NCBI GenBank assembly: GCA_036867785.1
Contig: CP145415.1
Span: 992,001-1,056,000, forward strand
From: Plasmodiophora brassicae
Taxonomy: Eukaryota
Length of the DNA: 64,000 nucleotides
Direction: 5' to 3'
Positions 24,030 through 34,500 of this stretch are shown in pieces. The position numbers and the translations under genes are program-made. A model generated the notes under the pieces. It was given only the letters and a program-made list of their open reading frames with translations, searched no databases and was not told where the DNA came from. Position 1 is the stretch's first letter. Every line of letters begins with the position of its first letter.

Positions 24030-24291
24030 AATAGATACAAAGCGACCCGCGGTAGTTAGGTGCTCGGGGATGGCGTCTGCGCTACTGATACCGTTATAGC
24101 CGCTGGGAACAGGTTGCTTCCGGACTCGTTCACACTGGACGACGATTAATCCGCTCAGGTGCAAAGAGATTAATATCAAGTGACGTGTGAACCAATCCAC
24201 ATAAGAACATCTGCGCCGAAACCAGGAAAACGCGGGGCGAAACGACCTCCCAGTCTCCCACCGCACAAACAGATAGTAATGATAGAGAATA

Positions 24292-24891
24292 CACCAACCT
24301 TGCCAAGGAGTTTTACCAGAAAGAGATGGACAAAGAGTTCAACAGGGAACTCGTGTGGGCCGAGATCAGAAACCTTCCGAAGTTCGCCGTTCCCCGTGAG
24401 ACGATCTCGGCATCAGTGAAGCAGGCTCTCATGCTCGACGTACATGACCATCAAGGTGCGGAACATGATCGTGACGCCGTCAGTGTTGCCGGCGATGCAC
24501 CCGAGATTCTTGCTACGTCCTTGGCGATGAGCAATCGACCGACAGTTGGAAAGAAAAGGCGAAGCGATTGAAGTTTGAAGAAACCGGCCGTGATCACGAC
24601 GCAGGTGGTGGCATCCGTCAATTTCTCCAGGAGGTCCTCGCCAGGGACGTGGCGAAGAGCGAAATTGCCCGCAAGCGAGTGGAGGCGGCACAAGAGCAGG
24701 CGGCTGTCGCTCGTGACCGGTATAATCTCAAGCTGTTCGCTGAGGGCAGTTCCAATGAGTCGATGGGGTACTTGAGCCTCAAGCGCCAGCAGCTGCTCGT
24801 CGAAGAGCGCATCGAATTGCGGAAGAAACAGCTGGAGTCGCGTCGGTTGGCGATGTTGCTGGCAGAGGCCGATAATGAAAGTGGCGCCTAG
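24292..24891 (+). pseudogene. C-terminal part of a Harbinger-associated Myb-like/NAM-associated protein, frameshifted
   Basis: KEFNRELVWAEIRNLPKF ... RPTVGKK, frameshift, then NLKLFAEG...YLSLKRQQLL. This resembles the NAM-associated C-terminal domain pattern. Confidence 0.6.
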
Positions 24892-24892
24892 C

Positions 24893-25260
24893 TCTGACTC
24901 GGCCCACACGAGTCCCCTGTTGAACTATCTGTCCATCTCCTTCTGGTAATACTGCTTGGCAAGGTTGGTGCAATCGTCCAACGACCAGCCAGAGTGGGAT
25001 TCGGCCAGGGCTTTGCTCCCGCACCTAGAGAACTTGAGGAGGTTCTTCTGGATATTGTTCTGCCACCTCGACCGAATGCTTAGCCAATTACGATCTTGGA
25101 CGAACGAGGACGAGTCCTTCACCAAACGGTGTAATTCGTCGGTGACGCGACGGAAGAACGTCTCGCCGTCCTGGTCGGTGCCTACCGACGCATCCGCCGT
25201 GATGGCCTTGTAGCTCTGGCGATGACGATGTCCTCAGAGGACGCGAAGGTTTTCTATCCG
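24893..25260 (-). pseudogene. N-terminal Myb/SANT-like part of a Harbinger-associated protein, frameshifted and truncated
   Basis: FASSEDIVIAR/(fs)YKAITADASVGTDQDGETFFRRV...RNWLSIRSRWQNNIQKNLLKF...SGWSLDD...AKQYYQKE, then a stop. Confidence 0.65.
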
Positions 25261-25459
25261 GGTGCCTTGCCGCGGCCAGCAGGAGTCGACGACGACGGCT
25301 CCGGCGCGCTGGCCGCCATCGGTGAACCCGGCGCGCTGTCCGCGATTCAATTGCCGTCTTCAAATCCCTTCCAGATCTGTTCAAATCTGGTCGGATTATG
25401 GCAATCCATAATGGGCAACGAGTGGGGTACAGATTCTCTATTATCTGCGATATGGATCA

Positions 25460-25830
25460 CCGGTGGAGATGCTCATAGGCGTCGATTTCGAATGGTAACC
25501 GTTAAGCGACCTTCAACGTAAGCAGTTGTTGCAGACGAACACTGTTCGAGCGGCAAATGCAAGAAGTGTATGAGGACGACTGCTTTGCTCAACGATGCGA
25601 TGCTTTGGGTATCCCGTGGCTGTCGACCGTGCAGAAGTGCATTTCAGCGAATCGCATGCTGTTGTCCTTGGCGACACATCGCTGATGATGTTGCAAGTAG
25701 CCAAGAACATCTCGAACATGATCAGCACATCGTCGGCATCGCCATTGTCCCGCGAATGCTCTTGACGAATAGTTAAGATTGTGAAGCTCATCACTTGAAT
25801 CGTTCAAGGTAGGCTAACAAGTCGTCGTAT
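25460..25830 (+). mobile_element. Decayed PIF/Harbinger ('plant transposon protein'-type) transposase fragment
   Basis: Interrupted motifs HRRRFRM, FAQRCDALG...LSTVQKCISANRML and CPANALDE*LRL match the recalled family pattern FRRRFRM / F.QR.DA.G..GLS..QKC..A.RMLAYG / DA.DEY.R. Confidence 0.6.
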
Positions 25831-26907
25831 ATGCTTAATTGTACCTGTACGGAAAGCGATTAGCTTCAGCTGACTTGTGTGCCTAGTTTGAACGCTTCAA
25901 ATGCTGTGCTCCACCAAACTTGATGTATTCGTCAAGAGCATGTTGAGCATATTCGAGATGCTCTTGGCTGATTGCGTCGCCGTCAGCGACATATGTCGCC
26001 AATGGCAACCGGATGCCCCCAGTCAACTCGCTCCTCCACCAATCGTTCGAGATGATCCTACCGCGCCGCTGCTCACTTCGACCCTTCAATTTTACAGGCG
26101 AAAACGAAGCATTCGCGCCAACAGTGAACGAAAACAACAGATATTGTATTCGTCTGGTGGAGAAGCACCCATGCCTCATTATGCTTTCACAGGACTGGCT
26201 AGACAGGATGATACGCCGCACGAACGAGGTCCCCAGGCCAACGATGCAGTTCAGCGCGAGATCTCGCATGAATGGTTTCGCTGGGTGGCCTGGATCCGGT
26301 CCGGTCGTACACGGTACTGACAGGCGCTCGGAGAGTCTGCCGCCGGACGAGTCCTACCAGGCGGTCAATCAACGCTGGAATGAGGGTTGCCAAATCTGGT
26401 TGACGATCTGCATGATGTGCCAGGGTCCAGGGCCGTCAAGGTGTGTAGCACCTGGAGACAAAGCAGCTACCACGGGATGATTGTCGCACGCCTGGGCTAT
26501 CCACGGCAGCGTCGAGATCAGGATGTCTCCACTGTCGCGTCGAGGGCTGGGCGCCGATGATGCCAGCCCAGGAATCCTCTCAACGAGCGGCTTCTTTGTG
26601 TGTGAGGAGCGACCAGGCCCATATGGTTAGACGGTCCCGCAGGCTGTCTGTAGCCTGAGTTAAACCCCGCGCCTGATGCGTACAAGAAACGTCCTGTTCG
26701 GAGGGGCAGTGCTGTTTGTGCTGGGCGGGGACCTCCGTAAACAGCTGCAAGGCTGCAGCAGTGCAGCTACAGTCGCTGCTGACTGCGATTGCGCTATAAT
26801 TGGTCCAGTCCGCACGGGTGTCCCAGCACCGCAGTGCCAGTGCCACGGCCTCCGTGCGGGCTAACCTGACGGGCTGTTGCAGTTGAGAAACGCTTGCTCC
26901 TGCAGGG

Positions 26908-27618
26908 ATGGCGCGTCTGGCGGTATTGGCGCTGCTGGCGCTCGTGGTCGCGCAGGCCGTTGCCGATCCACCGAGCCGCGATACTGGGCATAGGATCGCC
27001 GACCGAATCGTGAAGAAGGAGAAGGAGGAGAAGGTCAAGAAGGAAAAGGAACAGAATGAGAAGACGATCATCGGCCATGGTCGCGATTGGGTCGACCTGG
27101 GCGTGAAGAAGCTCAAGGACACTGCCGACGCTGTTAAAGAGGTTGATAGTTTTGCGGGGTCCCTCGTTAAGGCGGCAGGGGTTGGTGTCACTGCAATCGC
27201 TACGGCACCATCTGCATACCGCTGGGTCAAGGGCGTCGTTATGCCTGAGAAGAAGAGCACCGGATCTCCCATCAAGGACAAGTTGGTCTCCGCCAAGGAC
27301 GCGCTGATGAAGCCCGCGCCGGTCACTGTCACCACCGGGGCTGCCATGGCGACGGCCGCCATTGGCGGCGCTGCGTTCACTGCGGCAGCGATCGAGATAA
27401 AGAAGCAGGTTGACGGAAAGAAGAAGAAAAAGGAAGAACCAAAGCAGGAAGCTGCTGCATCTGTGAGCCGTGCTGCCTCTGAAGACGCTTCCAACATGGT
27501 CCTCATCGTCTCCATCGTCCTGATCGTTGTCGGCGCACTCGTCGGCTTGCTCGCGTTCTGCATCGCTAAACGGCAGGACGCTGCATCGGCGCCAGTTGCT
27601 GTTGTCTCGGCCGTCTAA
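26908..27618 (+). CDS. Orphan signal-peptide, Lys-rich protein with C-terminal TM helix (intronless)
   Basis: Signal peptide MARLAVLALLALVVAQAVA, KE-rich segments, and TM MVLIVSIVLIVVGALVGLLAFCIAKR. Confidence 0.8.
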   Translation: MARLAVLALLALVVAQAVADPPSRDTGHRIADRIVKKEKEEKVKKEKEQNEKTIIGHGRDWVDLGVKKLKDTADAVKEVDSFAGSLVKAAGVGVTAIATAPSAYRWVKGVVMPEKKSTGSPIKDKLVSAKDALMKPAPVTVTTGAAMATAAIGGAAFTAAAIEIKKQVDGKKKKKEEPKQEAAASVSRAASEDASNMVLIVSIVLIVVGALVGLLAFCIAKRQDAASAPVAVVSAV

Positions 27619-27904
27619 ATGGCCAACCGCTACCTCCTGCACACCCCTTCATGAATACATGTCCATCGCGGTAGATCTCCATGAGCCAGGCAGTAGTCGC
27701 GAAGTGTGAGCTGTCACTGAGGCATATGTGGGCCTTTCATCGCTGTGCAACAGTTCCAGTGACTGTTGTATCGGCTGATCTGGCCTTCTCGCTGGTGGTC
27801 ACATAGATTTTGCTGTTGCCTATGGTATCTTAATCGACCGCTTTGAGTACGCCCAGCGGTGGACCACCCGACTCGCTCGTTCGCCGTCGTACGTATACGA
27901 CACC

Positions 27905-29127
27905 ATGGGGGTCGCCTCGAACCGGGCTGTCAACCTATGGAGCAGGAGCAGTTCCGAGATCGACTGGTGTGAAGACAACTATCAGTACTCTCAGTACGAG
28001 GCCCTGCATGCGATTCGTGCGACGCCTGCTCTCTGATATCGTTCATGTCATCAGATACGTTGCGGAATATTGTAGGTTGAGAAAACTGAGGGCATTCCCA
28101 GCGGTGTTAGTCATGTCGATGAGTAGATAATACGTTTTCAAACATTCTGTTCTTGATCCTGCCTCCGATAATGATATACCTGTCGCGACCCTTCAGCCGA
28201 TTCATCACACCCGACATCAATATCGTCTGGCTTCTCCTTACAGTCGTGGGGCTCGGCTCTGGGTACTTTCATGCAACCCTAAGCTACTCTGGTATGTGAC
28301 AGTGGACTCCCCGTCGTGCCCACCTCAAGAGGTGCCAACAGGGCAGCTTATTGACGAGCTGGCGATTCTCTGGGTGGTCGCCGCCGTCGTCATGATCGCT
28401 TCCCCGAAGAATTTGATGAATAATCGGATCCTGAACGGCTCCAGGCTGCGCCTCAAGATCATTATGACAATTGTCACGATAGTGTCATCGGGGCTAATGT
28501 TCGCCGCACCGGTCCTCAACGCATTCCTGCTCTTGAGTCTATGCATCCCGGCATTGGTTCGGCGCCGATAACCAACCGATTGCTTGCTCACATCGTGTAC
28601 ACAGGCGTTCTTTGTCAACAAGGTCCAATCAGCAACAAGCTGGCGCGTCGTTCGCCTGATATTCTTATCCACATTCTGGTTCGCTATAGACGTTTGAACT
28701 TGTGTCTAACCCTGAATCACGCGCCTCGTGCAGGTGGCTCCTCGCTATAACATGCTGGGTCAACGATCGCGTGTTCTGCAAGGTACGCCTACCGGCGAGG
28801 CCCACATTCTACAGTCCAACGAGTTATAACAGATCTGGACTGAACTGGGTGTGCCATATCCGCAACTCCATGCCCTATGGCACCTGTTGGTCTCCGTCTG
28901 CTCCTACGCATTCATCATCGTTGCTGGTAATGCTGCGCGATCCAGGCACTGCGGCTCGGGGACTAATCCGGGTTCCGATCCGTGACGCAGCATACTACAT
29001 GGCCTTGGAGGAACGTCCCGAGCTCCATCCTCGCATCGCCTACTGGCCAATAGACACCTTCGAGTTCGGCATCGTCTACGTCGAATTCGTCAACGACCCG
29101 ATCACCGTCATGGACAAGGACGACTGA
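27905..29127 (+). CDS. Alkaline ceramidase (CREST family), multi-exon
   Basis: Motifs SSEIDWCEDNY, VAEYYNTFSN, GLGSGYFHATLS, QLIDELAILW, CWVNDRVFC and PQLHALWH. Confidence 0.92.
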
Positions 29128-29234
29128 CGACTATTTCCCTATCAGCTATCACGCTCTTCCAGCATAAATGCAGTATGTTGTATTAGGGATGTTGTCGTGA
29201 TTGCACCTGCCCGTAGGATATTATGATCGGGCGC

Positions 29235-29453
29235 TCAGCTATCAACACGACCTTGAAGTATAGATAGGGCCGTGAACTGCGGCAAGGACACGCTCGAGTG
29301 GCGCTTCAGTTCGGAGCGGCTCTTGCGGAACTCGGTCAGCGACACCGGGATGTGATCCAGGTTGCGTTCGCTTGCGCATGTCCGTCTTCGCTTGCGGGCG
29401 CGCTGTTCGTAGGCGACCGCCTCCGCCAACGTCGCATCCATACTCGTCGACAT
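29235..29453 (-). CDS. Orphan basic microprotein, copy A (72 aa)
   Basis: MSTSMDATLAEAVAYEQRARKRRRTCASERNLDHIPVSLTEFRKSRSELKRHSSVSLPQFTALSILQGRVDS. Paralog at 30828; TATA-like element upstream (about 29520). Confidence 0.7.
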   Translation of the reverse strand: MSTSMDATLAEAVAYEQRARKRRRTCASERNLDHIPVSLTEFRKSRSELKRHSSVSLPQFTALSILQGRVDS

Positions 29454-30827
29454 GCCGTCCTGAAAACACTGGGTCTGGTGACGTCGCGCTTCTCGCCGGG
29501 GAGTGCCCAGCTGCAAAGCAATATTTATAGTCCCTACCTCAGTCACTGGCCGTCTCACCCCGATTCCAAATATACGACGCTGAATGCCAGGCGCCTCTGG
29601 CGTGCTACGGCCACGTGGCTGGTATCTAAAATTACTTCAGTGCGTTTGGTTCTTTTCTTAGAATGTCCCTCTGGAACCCTTGAATCCTGCCAATTACGTC
29701 CTGGCAGGTGAATGCCGCCAGACGCCTTTACCTGCGTGCACAGCTGCCTGGGTCTGGTGACCAATCGGCCCCGGCTGCTGACACTAAACTGTCGGGCGTG
29801 CAGAGGCACTAGTCGCACTACGAAGCTGACACGGCAGTGGCTGGGCACGCAGAAGGTGCCAATCAAACATTAATAGCATCGGCTGCAAAACCGTATTCCC
29901 CCAAACACCTCTCGGTTGACGGACCGGTGTGTGAGAGTGACCCCCGGTTGCCGATACATTTGGTGTGTGGGCGGTGGCTGCGGCATTGCGACCAAATGCG
30001 TCGCCGAACGTAACGTTTGAATGGTGCGAGTTAACGTCGACACTGTAACCCGCCCTGTCGTCCTGGGCGGGACCCTGTCGAATATGGTAATCCCTTGGCG
30101 TCACTCACCCCGAATATCTGTGATGAATATTTTGGACAAGAATAAATCGTGGTTGGCGCATCCCGGCATCAGGTCCAGGATTCACTTCTCTGGCGAAGCG
30201 ACGCGCGAGCTGCCCCAACTCATTGTTGTTCTCTTATTTCTCTGCAGCGTGACCAGTCAATTCTGGCCAACCATACGTACCGAGGATGGTCTCTGTGCGT
30301 CGTGAGAGGCAGAAGGTTGGCCGGTTCTGAGGCTGGACCTGGATACCCTGAGACGCCCCAACAGCACGTCGACGGCCGTATAAGATGTAAGATGTTGCAG
30401 CACAACGATGCAGTTGACTCCAACCTCACCGCTGTGTTCGTTGATACCGTTCGATCTTTGGACGTGTGTCTCATACCACTTGGTATTAGGGCTGCTGACG
30501 ATCGACGCCAGTCGCCTGGACGCGTTGCCTTCAACAGTACTGCACGAATGTCGATATGTCGTGTTTGGCCTGCCCCAGGTTGGTTCGCTTCGTTGAAGCT
30601 ACCGTTTCACATGACGTCACATGCGGTCCCGTGGGAACGGGCAGCCGGGAACCGGTGCCAGCAGTTGACGCCTCACACACTGCACCTGGCGGCCCAACGC
30701 AGCTCTTGATGGTCGGGTGGAGGAATTGGTTAACCCGGGGTGACAGCCACGCGGACGAACTAACAGGTGACGACTATATAGGTGTTTTACGTAAGGGCGG
30801 TCCTCCGTGAATATTATAACAGGGCGA

Positions 30828-31043
30828 TCAGTTGTCAACGCGACCTTGCAGTATCGATAACGCGGTGAACTGTGGTAGCAGCAGGCTCGAGTGGCGTTTC
30901 AGCTCGGAGCGACTCTTGCGGAAGTCGGCCAGCGACACCGCGATGCCGTCCACGACCCGTTCGCTTGCGCATGTCCGCTGCCGCTTGCGGGCGTCGTGCT
31001 TGAAGGCGAGCGCCTCCACCATCGCCGGATCCATGCTCACCAT
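30828..31043 (-). CDS. Orphan basic microprotein, copy B (71 aa)
   Basis: MVSMDPAMVEALAFKHDARKRQRTCASERVVDGIAVSLADFRKSRSELKRHSSLLLPQFTALSILQGRVDN. TATA-like element at about 31216-31225. Confidence 0.7.
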   Translation of the reverse strand: MVSMDPAMVEALAFKHDARKRQRTCASERVVDGIAVSLADFRKSRSELKRHSSLLLPQFTALSILQGRVDN

Positions 31044-31080
31044 GCCGTCCTGTTCGCGTATGGCTCTTTCGAACGACGAC

Positions 31081-31172
31081 GCGACACGTTTGTCTCTGGC
31101 GACGCGACACGATTGTCTCTGGCGACGTGACACGTTTGTTTCTGGCGACGAGGCACGGTTGACTGTGGCGAC
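31081..31172. repeat. 23-bp minisatellite, about 4 copies
   Basis: Unit GCGACACGTTTGTCTCTGGCGAC at 31081, 31104 and 31127, with a degenerate copy at 31150. Confidence 0.85.
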
Positions 31173-31536
31173 GTGGCACCGTGCGCGTGAGTGAGTGTCC
31201 ACCGCCTGCAAATCGATATATATAGCCAGAGTGCGCTGGTCACACAGCACGCGACGCGTCGCTCTAAAATTAGAGCCGCCAATAAATTCTGCACAAGGCG
31301 AGGTAGTAGACGATAAGAGCAGCGCTGGCGTGCAGAGGCCGGTGACCTTCGACGGTGAGTCACGCGCCATGGCGCAGCTTCCGGTGGGAAAACGGCGACG
31401 GCATCAGAATCGTATCGGTTCATAGCTACCTAGCATACCCAGGCCAGAGCGCGCCTCGAGCGCATAGAACAGGCGCGAGTGATCGAGCTCGCGCCCCAAA
31501 CGCATACCCAAACAAGGGGCAGGTCGCCAAACAGCC

Positions 31537-34500
31537 ATGGCATCGCCGACGAGATCGCGTCGTCGCCAGCCGCGCAGCCCCGTCCGCATGACCATCTTCG
31601 ATGACTCGACGGAGCTGTCGCGTGCCCTGTGCGACGAGTTCGAGAAGCACGCCGTTCGTGGGCTCGAGAAGCTGTCCTGTCTCGAGAAGGGGCTACTCGG
31701 GCACGGGCGGCGCCGACGCCCGTCCTATAAGGTCAACGCGGGCCCGCAGCATCTGTCGTTCCGCGGGCGTACCGTCGACGCGTTCAACCACACGTTCACG
31801 CCTCGCCAGGCCTGTCTCGTGGCACATTATTCGCCGAAGGGATCCGTCCCGGGGCGATTCACCTGGAACACCGACGCGTCCGATGTCGCAGACATTCGCC
31901 GGCAGGCGCCGGACATCCCCGAGTTCCATTCCGACAGCGTTCTCGTGCGCCAGAAGGACGCCTACCGGCTCATGATCGTCATGATCGGCATGCTGCGTGC
32001 CGACGGCGTCTACTTCGCGAGGGTCAGCCCTGACAGCGACGCCGTCGACGTCTACATCATGCGTGACGAGCGCCTAGAGCGCGTCAAGCTCCATGACGAC
32101 AGCGCCCTGCTCCAGTACACAGACCGGTCGTATCGTCAGCTGACCGCCAAGTTCGCTGTGAACGCCCGCGAGGTCATGCTTCGCTACGTGAACGAGATCG
32201 CCTCGTTGACGAAGGCAACGGAAACGGACGATGACGGCAACGTCGTCAAGCTGGTGATCACCGACGCCAGTGATGCATCGATCACGTACGAGTACGACGC
32301 ACGAGGGCGCCTGGTGAATACGATCTTCAAGGACGTCCAGTGCGATGATTCGTTGTCGGACGAGGAATACGACGACGAGGATAGCGATGACGATGATTCC
32401 GACGACGACGTGTGGAGCTTGGAAGATCAAGATCGTGCCGACGATATTCCTGAGGAAGACGACAGCGATGTCCCGGTCCTGGAGGCGTTGCCGGCTCCGA
32501 GGGCGCCCATGGCACCCGAGGTGGCACCCGATATGGCGGCCCAGACATCGCCACTGGGCACTCTGGAGCAGCAGCTGGCAGCGGCCGCTCCCTTGTACCC
32601 GTCGTACGATTCGCCGCTGGATCCGATGCCTCCTGGCATCATTGTCCCCACTGCTAGCGATCTAGCGGACAATGGCATGGTACCGATGCCGTTTGATGAT
32701 GACGACGTCGGTCGCCCGGTTGCCCGCAGCGAATCCGGGCGCGACGAAGTTGGCCACCCTGTTACCCAGGAGGACGCCGGACGCCCTGTTACCCAGGAGG
32801 ACGCCGGAAGCCCTGTTACCCACAACGAAGCCGGGCGTCCAGCTACACATGACGACATCGCTGCTCCACCGAATGTCACGACGACGACGCCTGCCTTGCC
32901 AACTGACCCAGGACATCCTTTGCCAACGGTCGCAGGTGATGACGCTATGTCGCCGAACCCACTTGGTCGTACCGATGATGGTGACGGGCCTGAGGCAGGT
33001 GACGATGGCGTTATGCCGCGTGGAGATGATGATCGTCGTGTCGCACCGACCGTTTCGGAACCCGAGCCGCGCTCGCTTCTGACAAGGTTGTTCGGAAGGA
33101 AGCCGAAGCCCAGCATCGATGCAGCGGTGCGCGATCCTGATTCAGGTCGGCATGCTGTTCAGCCGCCATCCAACGATCACGACCCAAGGCACAGCAACGA
33201 GCGCCCGGACGTCACTGCTGGTGACCCCAGCGCTATCAACGGCCGGGATCCAGGAAGCGGACGCCGTCCCGACCAACAGGCGTCGCTGCCACGAACCGGT
33301 GGTACGGGCGACGATGGACGTGGTTCTCCATTGGAACGCGAGCGCCCTGTCACGATGGCTCACAGGGTGCCTCCTGAAGCAGGCGCCGCCGCCGCCGTGC
33401 CACATGGCCTCCACGATTCGGCCCCTGATGATCGCCAGAACATGCTCCGTGGATCGGATCCACCATCGTCCAGAAGGCAGCCTGCCGTTTCAGACGACCG
33501 CGAGCACCCTCACGTCGGGGACGCTGACGGCGCTGGTCACATTCCCAGCGGCAAGCTGGGCCGCGTTCCCCTGGCGCCTAGGTACCCGGCACATGCTTCG
33601 GGACCCAACGCGGATCCCGCTGCGCACGGCAATGCTCGTCCAGTGGACCGTCACCCGGATCCGCAATCGGCATCCAGCAACGGCGACAGCATGCCGCCGC
33701 CTTCGATCAGCCATCATCCAGATCGCGGCTCTCGACCCGCCGTGCCAAATGGCCTCCACGACTCGGCCCATGATGATCGTCCGACGGTCGCTCGTCAGAA
33801 CATGCCCCGAGCATCGGACCCATCATCATCCGGAAGGCAGCCTGCCGTTTCAGACGCCCGCGAGCGCCCTCACGTTGGAGACGCTGACGGCGCTGGCCAC
33901 ATTCCCAACGACAAGCTGGGTCGCGTTCCCCTGGCGCCTAGGTACCCGGCACATGCTTCGGGACCCAACGTGGATCCCTCTGCGCAAGGCAATGCTCGTC
34001 CAGTGGACCGTCACTCGGATCCGCAATCGGCATCCAGCAACGGCGACAGCATGCCACCGCCTTCGATCAGCCATCATCCAGATCGCGACTCTCGACCCGA
34101 CGCGCCAAACGGCCTCCACGACCCGGCTCCTGATGATCACCTGCCTGCCGTTCGTCAGAACATGCTCCGTGCATCGGATCCACCATCGTCCGGAAGGCAG
34201 CCTGCCGTTTCAGACGACCGCGAACGCCCCCACTTTGGGGCCGCTGGCGGCGCTGGTCACATTCCTGGCGACCAGTTGGGACGCCTTCCCCTGGCGGCTA
34301 GGAACCCGGCGCATGCTTCGGGACCCGACTCGGATCCGGCTGCGCAAGGCAATGCTCGTCCAGTGGACCGTCACTCGGATCCGCGATCGGCATCCAACAA
34401 CGGCGACAGCATGCCACCGCCTTCGATCAGCCATCATCCAGATCGCATCTCTCGTCCTAGTGGAGATGCCCTGCCTGATCATCCATACGGCGCGCCGGAC

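Noticed and set aside
29600-30800. Short ORFs between the microprotein copies
   Set aside because: No recognisable domain or coherent gene model.
31081-31172. Possible CRISPR array
   Set aside because: Head-to-tail minisatellite without spacers.
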